Program-made: the position numbers and the translations under genes
Assembly (NCBI GenBank): GCA_009392915.1
Contig: CP045477.1
Span: 256,001-320,000, forward strand
DNA length: 64,000 nucleotides
Direction: 5' to 3'
Origin: Candidatus Forterrea multitransposorum CG_2015-17_Forterrea_25_41
Lineage (GTDB): Archaea; Iainarchaeota; Iainarchaeia; Iainarchaeales; CSSED10-239
Notes under the pieces: model-generated
What the model saw: only the letters and a program-made list of their open reading frames with translations
Told to the model about the DNA's origin: nothing
Database searches by the model: none
In this document: piece by piece, positions 27,180-36,346 of the stretch
How the letters are laid out: each line of letters starts with the position of its first letter
Position numbering within the stretch: the stretch's first letter is position 1

Positions 27180-28307
27180 ATGAATTTTTTAAAAATAATC
27201 TCTTTTGTCTTAATTGGTTTAGTTGTTTTTTTAGTGGCATCTTCATATCTTGCAAATGATTCTTTTCAAGATGTAAAATCAGATACTTCTGATAAAATAG
27301 ATTCAACTATTGAAGATGTTAAAGATAATAATCTTTTTTCAAAACCAAAAGATGCATATGATTCTATAAAAAATAAAATTACCTTTGGTTCTTTTGATAG
27401 AAATATTTCAACTGAAGTATTTTTTTGTCCTGAAGAAGATTGTTTAACAGAACTTTTAGAGTTGATTTCTTCTTCTAAAAAAACAATTGATTGTGCGGTA
27501 TATGATGTTTCTCTTGAAACTGTAACTGATGCTTTAATTGAAAAATCAAATCAAGGTCTAGAAATAAGGTTTATTTCAGATTATGGAACTTCTCAAAATA
27601 AATCTTCAAATTTAGGATTATTAAAAGATTCAAATGTTACAGTTCTTACAAACTCTTCAGAATCTTCTTACATGCATAATAAATTTTGTGTTTTTGATGA
27701 AAAAATTGTTTTTGTAGGTTCAATGAATTTTACATTAAATGGAAATTATAAAAATAATAATAATGTTTTAATAATTGAAGATAAAGAAATTGCAAAAGAA
27801 TATACTAACAAAATAGATTCTTTTTTTAAAGGAGAATTTTCTCCAAAACCTAAAGAAGTTTATAATGTTAATAATTATGGTAATCTAGAAAATTATTTTT
27901 GTCCTGAAGATGATTGTTTATATCATCTTTTAAGATTTGCAAATGATGCTAATTATTCTATTGAATGTATGCTTTTTAGTTATACTTTAGATGATTTCTT
28001 TCAAGAAGTTGTTGATAAAAATATAGATCAGAGATATATTTTAGAGTCAAGAGGAATTAGTCAATATTCTAAATATAATGATCTTAAGAATAATTCCATT
28101 CCTGTTATTTTAGATCAAAACCCAAATAGTATGCATAATAAATTTTGTATTATTGATGATTATATTGTTTTAACTGGTTCTATGAACTATTCAAATAATG
28201 GTACTAAAAATAATGATGAAAGTTTTTTAGTAATACATGATTTTGAGATTGCTCAAGAATATAAAGATTATTTTAATGACTATTGGACATCTTGGAGTAA
28301 TAATTAA
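27180..28307 (+). CDS. Phospholipase D-family protein with two HKD motifs and an N-terminal TM anchor
   Basis: TM segment IISFVLIGLVVFLVASSYL. HKD1 HNKFCVFDEKIVFVGSMN starts at nt 27675 and HKD2 HNKFCIIDDYIVLTGSMN at nt 28134. Both fit HxKxxxxDxxxxxxGSxN exactly. Confidence 0.85.
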   Translation: MNFLKIISFVLIGLVVFLVASSYLANDSFQDVKSDTSDKIDSTIEDVKDNNLFSKPKDAYDSIKNKITFGSFDRNISTEVFFCPEEDCLTELLELISSSKKTIDCAVYDVSLETVTDALIEKSNQGLEIRFISDYGTSQNKSSNLGLLKDSNVTVLTNSSESSYMHNKFCVFDEKIVFVGSMNFTLNGNYKNNNNVLIIEDKEIAKEYTNKIDSFFKGEFSPKPKEVYNVNNYGNLENYFCPEDDCLYHLLRFANDANYSIECMLFSYTLDDFFQEVVDKNIDQRYILESRGISQYSKYNDLKNNSIPVILDQNPNSMHNKFCIIDDYIVLTGSMNYSNNGTKNNDESFLVIHDFEIAQEYKDYFNDYWTSWSNN

Positions 28308-28339
28308 AAATTTCTTTAAATTAATAATAAAAGAAATTT
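28308..28339 (+). terminator. Perfect 10-bp hairpin (aaatttcttt / aaagaaattt) immediately after the PLD-family gene
   Basis: Inverted repeat 28308-28317 / 28330-28339 with a 12-nt loop. The stem is almost entirely A/T, so stability is modest. Confidence 0.35.
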
Positions 28340-28379
28340 GTTTATAAACTTATTGCTTCTATATATATATTGTAGTAAA

Positions 28380-28453
28380 GGGGCTGTGGTGTAGCCTGGT
28401 TAGCATTTAAGCTTTGGGAGCTTACGACCCCCGTTCAAATCGGGGCAGTCCCA
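28380..28453 (+). tRNA. tRNA-Pro (anticodon UGG)
   Basis: Cloverleaf of 74 nt: acceptor GGGGCTG/CAGTCCC (one G-U pair), anticodon arm TAAGC-TTTGGGA-GCTTA with G37, T-arm CCCCG-TTCAAAT-CGGGG, discriminator A. TATA-like ctatatatatatt lies ~10-20 nt upstream. Confidence 0.88.
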
Positions 28454-28484
28454 CTCTTTTACTAAACTTCTTTAATAGATTATT

Positions 28485-29447
28485 ATGGCTAAATCAAATT
28501 CTTTATCTAAAAATTTTTTAGTTGAAAATTTTAATCCAAGGTATAAAGAAAAGAAACCTACTTTTTCTTCAAGAACAATAAGCATATTATCTGAAGTTAA
28601 ATCTGAACAATTATTTTTAAGAAACTTTAAGCAAGCTAAAGAAGAATATTCAAAAATTAAAAAAGAATTAAATCCTGTTTTTGAAAAAAGAAAAAAAGAA
28701 AATCTTGCAAAATTTAATGATTATTTATCTCTTGAAAGAACTTCTGTAAAAAATCTTTTAGATTTTTTAAGTAATAATGATCAAAAGATTAGAAGAATAA
28801 AAAATATGATTGAAAGTAGAACTAAATATTCTTCTGATATTAAATTAAATAAAGCTCAACAATTTTATTTAAAATATTTAAATCTAATGTTAAGAAAAAG
28901 CGATCAATTACTTTATTATTTAAAAGAAATGAAAGCAATTCACAATCTTCCAAAAAGTAAAGAACTTCCTAAAAGATATTCTGATAAAATAGATGAACTT
29001 AAACTAAGATTAAAAAAAATGTCTCATAGAAAAAGATATTTATTAGAAGAAAAAGATTATTCTTTAAATTTTTTAAGTAATAATTTACCAAATCTTAAAT
29101 CTGATTATAAACTTAAAGCAGCTGGTGAAGGGAAAGAAATTATTAATGCTGAAAATCATCATGAATCACAAATTAAAAATATTGATTCACAATTAAGTGA
29201 TATTGAAACTAATACTTTAAGACTAAAAAAAAGAATTGAAGAATTAACAAAGCAAGGCCATGAAGAAAATCTTAGATCTTTTATTTCTCAAGAAAAAAAG
29301 AAGATTCCAGTTCTTAAAAAAAAATTTAAAGAAAAATTTCCTGATTTTATAACTCTTTATCAAATTTTCATGGAAGAAAGAAATAGTATTGAAGAAAAAT
29401 TTTATATTGACCTTTATCTTAATGGTAAGTTAAGTAATATTAAATAA
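28485..29447 (+). CDS. Hypothetical Lys-rich coiled-coil-like protein (320 aa)
   Basis: Long ORF with heptad-like K/E/L-rich sequence and no recognisable motif. Confidence 0.5.
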   Translation: MAKSNSLSKNFLVENFNPRYKEKKPTFSSRTISILSEVKSEQLFLRNFKQAKEEYSKIKKELNPVFEKRKKENLAKFNDYLSLERTSVKNLLDFLSNNDQKIRRIKNMIESRTKYSSDIKLNKAQQFYLKYLNLMLRKSDQLLYYLKEMKAIHNLPKSKELPKRYSDKIDELKLRLKKMSHRKRYLLEEKDYSLNFLSNNLPNLKSDYKLKAAGEGKEIINAENHHESQIKNIDSQLSDIETNTLRLKKRIEELTKQGHEENLRSFISQEKKKIPVLKKKFKEKFPDFITLYQIFMEERNSIEEKFYIDLYLNGKLSNIK

Positions 29448-29526
29448 ATTTTAATTTTATATTATATAGTTTCTTTTTTAAATATATTGCCTTATATAAT
29501 ATATTACTTAAAATATGTGATTATAT

Positions 29527-30990
29527 ATGCCTTCAGATGAAAAATATAAAATAAAAGATTTAAACGAATGGTTTAATGATATTATCTTTAAAGCAGAACT
29601 TATTGATGTAAGATATAACTTAAAAGGTTTTACTGTATTTAGACCAAGATCTGTTTTTTCAATAAGTAAAATGTTTAGAATATATGAAGATAAGTTTAAT
29701 GAAACTGGTCATCAACAAGTAATGATGCCTGCATTAATACCTGAAGAAAATTTTTTAAAAGAATCAGATCATATTGAAGGCTTTACTCCTGAAGTTTTCT
29801 GGGTAACTAAACATGGAGATGAAGATTTTGAACAAAAGTATGCATTAAGACCAACTTCTGAAACTGCATTTTATTATATGTTTAAATATTGGGTACAAAG
29901 TTATAGAGACTTACCTTTAAAAACATATCAAAGAGCAAATGTTTTTAGATTTGATTCAAAAGCTACAAAACCATTTATTAGAGGTAGAGAATTTTACTGG
30001 TATGAATCTCATAATATTTTTGAAACTTTACAAGAAGCAGTAAATCAAGTTTATGAAGATATGCAAATAACAGAAGATATGCTTCATGAAGAATTTGGTA
30101 TACCATTTATTTTCTTTAAAAGACCACAATGGGATAAATTTCCAGGAGCTGTAGATACTTTTGCAGCAGATACTATTTTAGATAATGGAAGAATATTACA
30201 ACTTCCTTCAACACATCTTTTAGGAACTAAGTTTACTGAAACTTTTGATGTTAAGTTTAAAGATAAAGATGATGAAATGAAATATCCTTTTGGTACTTGT
30301 TATGGTCCTGCAATTTCAAGAATATATGGTGGAATGATTTGTGTTCATGGAGATTCTCTTGGTTTAAGAATACCTTTTGATTTAGCTCCTGTTCAAATAA
30401 TTTTAGTTCCTTTATATTTTAGTGATTTTGATAATACTAAATTAGAAGCATTTTGTTTAGATATAGCACAAGATTTAGATAAACTTGGATATAGAGTAAA
30501 AATAGATGATCAGACTTCAAAAACTCCAAAAGAAAGATTTTCAGAATATGAAATGAAAGGAATCCCTATAAGAATAGAAATTGGTCCAAAAGATATTTTT
30601 TCAGGAACAGTTGTAATCTTTAGAAGAGATTTAAATGAAAAGAAAAAAGTTGATGTTGCAGATATTTTTGATGAAATAAAACTTATTGAATCTGAGTTTA
30701 TAAATAATTTAAGATCTCAAGCAGATGAAGTTTTTGAAGAAAAAATTATAACTGTTAACAACATGGATGATTTAAAAGAAGTTATAGATGATAACCTTGT
30801 TGCAAGAGTACCATTTTGTTCAATAGATATGGATGGTAAAAATTGTTTTGAAGAACTTAAAGCAGAAACAAAAGGTGGAGACATTAGAGGAGTAAGGATG
30901 GATGTTAAAGAAGTTCCTGAAGAAAATGATGTTTGTGTTGTTTGTAAAAAGAAAGCTCAATCTATTGTGTATGTAGGTAAAAGTTATTAA
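29527..30990 (+). CDS. proS: Prolyl-tRNA synthetase (archaeal/eukaryotic type)
   Basis: Motifs ALRPTSETAFYYMF..W..SYRDLPLK.YQ..NVFR.....KPFIRGREF.W.E.H, plus the C-terminal Zn-type domain VCVVCKKKA..IVYVGKSY. Confidence 0.92.
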   Translation: MPSDEKYKIKDLNEWFNDIIFKAELIDVRYNLKGFTVFRPRSVFSISKMFRIYEDKFNETGHQQVMMPALIPEENFLKESDHIEGFTPEVFWVTKHGDEDFEQKYALRPTSETAFYYMFKYWVQSYRDLPLKTYQRANVFRFDSKATKPFIRGREFYWYESHNIFETLQEAVNQVYEDMQITEDMLHEEFGIPFIFFKRPQWDKFPGAVDTFAADTILDNGRILQLPSTHLLGTKFTETFDVKFKDKDDEMKYPFGTCYGPAISRIYGGMICVHGDSLGLRIPFDLAPVQIILVPLYFSDFDNTKLEAFCLDIAQDLDKLGYRVKIDDQTSKTPKERFSEYEMKGIPIRIEIGPKDIFSGTVVIFRRDLNEKKKVDVADIFDEIKLIESEFINNLRSQADEVFEEKIITVNNMDDLKEVIDDNLVARVPFCSIDMDGKNCFEELKAETKGGDIRGVRMDVKEVPEENDVCVVCKKKAQSIVYVGKSY

Positions 30991-31031
30991 TTTCTTTTAA
31001 AAAAGCTTTAATAATTAAAAGGTAAAATAAA

Positions 31032-32783
31032 ATGGAATTTAGTTTAGTATCTAAATATTTTCAAAGACTTGAAAAAACTTCAAGTCGTCTTGAAATGAGA
31101 AATATATTGTCAGAATTATTTTCTATTTGTTCTCTTGATCAAATATCTAAACTAATTTATTTTTGTCAAGGAAAGATTGGTCCAAAATATAAAGGTAAAG
31201 AAATAAATATTGGACAATCTACACTTATTGTAATTTTATCAAGATATCTTGGACATACTGTAAGCACAATTTCAGATAAATTTAAAGAACTTGGAGATTT
31301 AGGTTTAGTTGTTGAGAGCTTATCTTCAGGAAAAAAACAAGAAACTCTTTTTTTAAAAAAACAATCTTTTCTGCAAGTTTACTCTTCTTTTGAAAAAATG
31401 ACAGAGATTGATGGAAAGGGTGCAATTGATACAAAAATAAAAATATTTGAATCTATTCTTTATAATGCAGATAATCTTTCTGCTAAATATATAATAAGGT
31501 TTCCAATTTCCTTAAGATTAGGTTTTTCAGACTCAACAATTATTGATGCTTTATCCTTATTGGAAGAAGATGAAGAAAAACAAAAAGAAGCAAGAGATTT
31601 AATTTTAGAAAAATACAATTTAGTTTCTGATCTAGGACTTATTGCAAAACAATTTAAAGAAAATAAAACTCAAGGTATTAAAGAATTATCTGTTCAACCA
31701 TTAATTCCTTTAAAACCAGCTCTTTGTGAAAGATCAAAAGACTTAAATGAAATTTTTGAAAGACTTGGTAAAGATGGAGATTTTTTAATTGATTCAAAGA
31801 TTGATGGTTTTAGAATGCAAGTACATAAGCTTAATGATACAATTAAAATATATTCTAGAAATGAAGAAGATATAACTTCTATGTTTCCAGATATAACTTC
31901 TAATATTTTAAAAATCAAACATAATTTTATAATTGATTGTGAAGCAATAGGTTATGATCCTATTAATAAAAAATATCATGATTTTCAAGTAACAATGCAA
32001 AGAAAAAGAAAATATGATATTTCAGAAAAATCAAAAGAACTTCCTTTACATTTAAAAGTTTTTGATATTATTTATTTTGATGAAAAAAAGATTTATCTTT
32101 TACCTTTTAAAGAAAGAAGAGAGCTTTTAGAGAAATATTTTAATATTCCTCCAGTAATCTCTCCAACAAAAATATTAATTACAAACAATCTCTTAAATTT
32201 AGAAGATTTCTTTCTTGAAATGAAAGATTCAGGTTTTGAAGGTTTAATTGCAAAAGACCTTAATTCTCCTTATAGTGCAGGATCAAGAGGCTTTAATTGG
32301 ATTAAATACAAAAAATCTTATGATAAAGAAAATTTAGATACAATTGATGCTGTTATTATTGGTGGTTTTTTTGGACAAGGTAAAAGAACAGTTACTGGTC
32401 TAGGTGCAATTTTAGTTGCTTTATATGATGAAACAAAAGATTGTTATTTTTCTCTTGCAAAAGTTGGAAGTGGACTTAAGGATGAAATTTTAGTTGAGCT
32501 TTCTGAAAAGTTAAAAAAAATAACAATTCCAAAAAAACAAGATAATATAGTTTCAAACATTGAGCCTGATTTTTATGTTCTTCCAAAAATAGTTGTTGAA
32601 GTTAATTATGATGATATTACAGTTAGTTCTGTTCATACAGTTCCATTACTTAACAGAAATGAAACTCTAGCACTTAGATTTCCAAGATTTATAAAATACA
32701 GAACAGATAGAACAGAAAAAGATACAACCTCTCTTAAAGAGATTGCAAGACTTTTTTCTCTTCAAGAAAAATCATTTTCTTAA
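31032..32783 (+). CDS. lig: ATP-dependent DNA ligase
   Basis: Motif I adenylation site SKIDGFRMQVH (KxDGxR), EGLIAKD, NWIKYKKSY, and the C-terminal OB-fold region LRFPRFIKYRTDR. Confidence 0.92.
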   Translation: MEFSLVSKYFQRLEKTSSRLEMRNILSELFSICSLDQISKLIYFCQGKIGPKYKGKEINIGQSTLIVILSRYLGHTVSTISDKFKELGDLGLVVESLSSGKKQETLFLKKQSFLQVYSSFEKMTEIDGKGAIDTKIKIFESILYNADNLSAKYIIRFPISLRLGFSDSTIIDALSLLEEDEEKQKEARDLILEKYNLVSDLGLIAKQFKENKTQGIKELSVQPLIPLKPALCERSKDLNEIFERLGKDGDFLIDSKIDGFRMQVHKLNDTIKIYSRNEEDITSMFPDITSNILKIKHNFIIDCEAIGYDPINKKYHDFQVTMQRKRKYDISEKSKELPLHLKVFDIIYFDEKKIYLLPFKERRELLEKYFNIPPVISPTKILITNNLLNLEDFFLEMKDSGFEGLIAKDLNSPYSAGSRGFNWIKYKKSYDKENLDTIDAVIIGGFFGQGKRTVTGLGAILVALYDETKDCYFSLAKVGSGLKDEILVELSEKLKKITIPKKQDNIVSNIEPDFYVLPKIVVEVNYDDITVSSVHTVPLLNRNETLALRFPRFIKYRTDRTEKDTTSLKEIARLFSLQEKSFS

Positions 32784-33341
32784 AAATTTATTTACTTTCT
32801 TTTCAGTAAATTTTTGTATATTTAGTTTATCTTTTTCTATGTTTAAAGCACTACCAAATATATAAGAACTTGAGGCAATACCACAAAAACTTAAGATGTT
32901 TTTTGTAAGACCTTTTGTAAATTTATTACAAGTAAATAAATTATATATTTTTGGAGCTCCTGAAGTTGTTAAAACTAGTGCTTTTTTATTTTTTAAAAGT
33001 CCTCTTGGAATAGAATTTACATATTTATAAGCAAAACCAGGAGTAAATACTCTATCACAAAATCCTTTTAAAATTGCAGGCATTGTTCCCCACCAAATAG
33101 GGTAGATAAATATTAGTTTATTGCTTTCTTTTATTTTTTCTTGAATTTTTTTAATTTCATTTGAAGTTTCTCTATTAAGTTCTTCTTTTCCTAAAATAGG
33201 ATTAAATTTCATTTTATAAAGATCTAATACTTGATAGTCTATTTTTTGTTTTTTTAAAATTTCTGTTGTTTTTGTAAGTATCTCTTTATTATAGCTTTCT
33301 TTATCTGGATGTGAATACACTATTAATATTTTTGATTTCAT
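32772..33341 (-). CDS. Flavodoxin-like fold NAD(P)H oxidoreductase (Flavodoxin_2 / NQO-type)
   Basis: Motifs KILIVYSHPDKESYN and FIYPIWWGTMPAILKGFCDRVFTPGFAY. Convergent with lig, with a 12-nt overlap. Confidence 0.75.
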   Translation of the reverse strand: MKSKILIVYSHPDKESYNKEILTKTTEILKKQKIDYQVLDLYKMKFNPILGKEELNRETSNEIKKIQEKIKESNKLIFIYPIWWGTMPAILKGFCDRVFTPGFAYKYVNSIPRGLLKNKKALVLTTSGAPKIYNLFTCNKFTKGLTKNILSFCGIASSSYIFGSALNIEKDKLNIQKFTEKKVNKFLRK

Positions 33342-33421
33342 TTTTTAAAACCTCTTTTTTTCTTCTAAAAATAAAAATAGAAAAGAAGACTTTATTTTAA
33401 AAATCTTCTTTTATTAACGAT

Positions 33422-34132
33422 TTAATATTGTTTAATTGATGACCACATAATTTCATCATGTGGATTAATTTCAATTCCTTTTGGTGTTATAAACAAAGGA
33501 TGTACTTTTTGATCATGTTTAGTTCCTCTTAGTTTTCTAATGAAAATTGATCTGTGAGGTGGTATAAAGTAAAGCATAAAAATTCCATCTACAACAAATT
33601 CTTCAACACCAAATGCAGAAAAGTCATGTGGTCCTCCAGAAGTTTCAGCTGTTAGCATAGTTGTACAATCTAAATCTTTTAAATAATCTGAAAATCTAAA
33701 AAGAAGATTTCTTAATTTTCCAGGATCAGTTATCCATGCAGAAAAAGCTGTTGTTGAGTCAATTGTAAGTCTTTTTGCACCAATATCTTTAACCATAGAT
33801 GTTATAATATCAAGTTCTTTATCTATTTGTGGTTCTATTGGTTTTCTTGGGTCAATATGCATTCTGTATATTTTCATTAAATCTCTTTGTTCAAGTGATT
33901 TAATATCCCATCCAAAGTTTTCCATGTTCCAGACAATATTTTTAAGATTGTCTTCAACAGTTACAAAAAGACCTGGTTCTCCGTATTTTTTAGCCCCTTC
34001 ATAAATAAAAGTGGTTGCAAAAATAGTTTTTGCAGAACCTGCACCTCCTGATACTAAGACAGACGCTCCTCTAGGGATTCCTCCATCTATAAGTTCATCA
34101 AAGCCAATAACACCAGTTGGTACTCTATCCAT
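33422..34132 (-). CDS. KaiC-like RecA-superfamily ATPase (single domain, 236 aa)
   Basis: Sequence VPTGVIGFDELIDGGIPRGASVLVSGGAGSAKTIFATTFIYEG.....EPGLFVTVEDN contains Walker A GGAGSAKT and matches the KaiC/RadB-type N-terminal pattern. Confidence 0.8.
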   Translation of the reverse strand: MDRVPTGVIGFDELIDGGIPRGASVLVSGGAGSAKTIFATTFIYEGAKKYGEPGLFVTVEDNLKNIVWNMENFGWDIKSLEQRDLMKIYRMHIDPRKPIEPQIDKELDIITSMVKDIGAKRLTIDSTTAFSAWITDPGKLRNLLFRFSDYLKDLDCTTMLTAETSGGPHDFSAFGVEEFVVDGIFMLYFIPPHRSIFIRKLRGTKHDQKVHPLFITPKGIEINPHDEIMWSSIKQY

Positions 34133-34293
34133 TTTTAATACACCTTTTTTTAAATATTTGCTTATATATATTAAATATAAACATATAATATAATGTAAGG
34201 TAAGTTATTTAAAAGTTTACTTTATTTTAAACTAATTTTAATAATATTTATAATACATAAAAAACTCTTAAAAAGCTGTTTTTTGAAGTAAAA

Positions 34294-34312
34294 AACACAT
34301 CTATTTAAAAAG
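34294..34312 (+). promoter_or_regulatory. BRE/TATA-like element AACACATCTATTTAAAAAG upstream of the RNAP operon
   Basis: 19/19 identical to 20428-20446. A second TTAAAAAGCT box lies at ~34268-34280. Both sit in the divergent intergenic region between the KaiC-like gene and rpoH. Confidence 0.45.
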
Positions 34313-34463
34313 TTTTTGTATGTAAATTACTTTATGCTCTTATTATCATCTCTCTATTTATCTATACCGACGAATTTTACAAAATATATATATTTATCAC
34401 TATTTAAATTTAGAGCAAAAGAGTTTATGAGATTATATTTATAAGTATAGCTTTTTTAAGAAG

Positions 34464-34823
34464 GTGTTTATTTTGGATCAAGAAGATTTTATAATGGAAG
34501 AAGAAAATTTAGAAGAAAAAGATTCTTCAGAAGATGAAGAAAAAGTTTCAAAAGTTAGAAAATTAAGTAAGAACAGAAGACAAAGAAGACTTAAGGATGA
34601 AATTGTACATAATTTTATACCTCTTCACACTATTGCTGATGAAAAAGATTTAGCAGAGCTTTCTTTAAAGAATATATTTGTTGAAAAACTTCCTTTAATT
34701 TTAATTACTGATTCTGCTTTAAGACATTTAGAAGTTAAAGTAGGCGATGTCATTAAAATAAAAAGAAAAAATGAAATCATTGGGGATGTTTATTATTATA
34801 GAAGGGTTGTAGCTGATGAATAA
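34464..34823 (+). CDS. rpoH: DNA-directed RNA polymerase subunit H (Rpb5 homolog) with an acidic/basic N-terminal extension
   Basis: The C-terminal 70 aa match the RpoH pattern: HNFIPLHTI..E.....L......LP.I...D.A.R.L..KVGDVIKIKR......VYYRRVV. The start is ambiguous: GTG 34464, in-frame TTG 34473 (7 nt after AAGGTG) or ATG 34494. Confidence 0.85.
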   Translation: MFILDQEDFIMEEENLEEKDSSEDEEKVSKVRKLSKNRRQRRLKDEIVHNFIPLHTIADEKDLAELSLKNIFVEKLPLILITDSALRHLEVKVGDVIKIKRKNEIIGDVYYYRRVVADE

Positions 34824-34885
34824 ATCATTCTTTTTAAGCAACCTTTTTTTTAAATTTTTTAAAAAAAATATAAATGTGATTGTAA

Positions 34886-36340
34886 ATGGATAATTGGCCA
34901 TTAATTGAATCTTATTATAAAACTGCAGGACCTATAGATCAAATTTTAAAATCTTTTGATCAATTTATTGAGGAGAAAATTCCTGAAATTGTTGAAGAAT
35001 ATTCAGATGTTGAATGTAATAACAATGTTAGAATTAAACTTGAAAATGTAGAAATTTTTAAACCTGAAATTGTTGAAGCAGACAGAAGTGCAAGATTAAG
35101 ACTTACACCAATGGAAGCAAGACAAAGAAATATTAATTATGCAGGTGCTATTTATTTAGATATTAAACTTTACAGAAAAGATGTTTTAATTGATGAAAAA
35201 AGAACATATGTTGGTGAAGTTCCTATTTTAGTAAAATCAAAATACTGTAACCTTAATGGTCTTTCAGAAGAAGATTTAATTGAGCAAGGAGAAGATCCTT
35301 TAGATTTTGGTGGTTATTTTATAATTAATGGTTCTGAGAAAGCTTTAATTACTCAAGAAGTTTTAGCACTTGATAGAATTTTAATTAGTGAAACTTCAGG
35401 TGTTGTTAAAGCACAAGTAATCTCTGTTAAAGGAGCTTTTAAAGGTAAAGTTAAAGTTGAAAGAAATTTAGAAGGATTAATGTATATTTCTTTTCCATCT
35501 TCTCCAAGAAAATTAGCTCTTGTTGAACTTTTAAATGCCTTAGGTATTATAAAAGAAAAAGATATTGTTGATCTTTTCTCTGATGAAAAAGTTATAAATA
35601 ATGAAATATTATTAAATATTGATAAAATTGGATGTACAACAGAGCAAGAAGCTTTAGATAAAATTGGAAAAGCAGTTGCTCCTTCTCAAACACAATCCTA
35701 TAGATTAAGAAGAGCACAAGAAGTTATTGATTCTTTCCTTTTACCACACATTGGTCAAGATAAAAAAGATAGAGCTGCAAAGGCTTTCTATTTAGTAACA
35801 ATGACAACAAAAATCATTGAAAAAGTCTATAAGTTAAGAGAAGACGAAGATAAAGATCACTACTCAAACAAAAGACTTGAACTTTCTGGAAAATTAATGG
35901 AAAATTTATTTAGATATTCTTTTAAACATTTTGTAAATGATTTAAAATTCCAGATTGATAGAACAATTTCAAGACATAGAAAATTAAATATTACAACAGT
36001 AATTAGACCAGATGCAATTTCTGATAGAATCAGATTTGCTGTAAGTACAGGAACTTGGGTTGCAAATGTTACTGGTGTTTGTACTTTCATGGATAGAATG
36101 AATTTTATAGCTCCATTAACTAACCTTAGAAAAGTTAAATCAACTCTTGATTCTCAAAGAGAGCTTTATGAAGCAAGAGATGTACATGGAACTCACTGGG
36201 GAAGATTATGTCCAGTTGAAACTCCTGATGGTCCTAATTGTGGTTTATCTAAAAACCTTTCTATTCTTTCAAGAATTACAACTGATGTAAGAAGTGAAAG
36301 TATATTAAAAACAATAGATATTGAAGAAATTAAATTGTGA
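34886..36340 (+). CDS. rpoB2: RNA polymerase subunit B'' (N-terminal half of split RpoB)
   Basis: 484 aa with motifs GGYFIINGSEKALITQE, DKDHYSNKRLELSGKLM and GRLCPVETPDGPNCGLSKNL. Followed 6 nt later by B'. Confidence 0.93.
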   Translation: MDNWPLIESYYKTAGPIDQILKSFDQFIEEKIPEIVEEYSDVECNNNVRIKLENVEIFKPEIVEADRSARLRLTPMEARQRNINYAGAIYLDIKLYRKDVLIDEKRTYVGEVPILVKSKYCNLNGLSEEDLIEQGEDPLDFGGYFIINGSEKALITQEVLALDRILISETSGVVKAQVISVKGAFKGKVKVERNLEGLMYISFPSSPRKLALVELLNALGIIKEKDIVDLFSDEKVINNEILLNIDKIGCTTEQEALDKIGKAVAPSQTQSYRLRRAQEVIDSFLLPHIGQDKKDRAAKAFYLVTMTTKIIEKVYKLREDEDKDHYSNKRLELSGKLMENLFRYSFKHFVNDLKFQIDRTISRHRKLNITTVIRPDAISDRIRFAVSTGTWVANVTGVCTFMDRMNFIAPLTNLRKVKSTLDSQRELYEARDVHGTHWGRLCPVETPDGPNCGLSKNLSILSRITTDVRSESILKTIDIEEIKL

Positions 36341-36346
36341 AGACTT

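Noticed and set aside
34325-34435. 36-aa ORF (MLLLSSLYLSIPTNF...) between the shared promoter element and rpoH
   Set aside because: Its ATG would lie upstream of the transcription start predicted from the TATA-like box. It has no SD and a low-complexity product.
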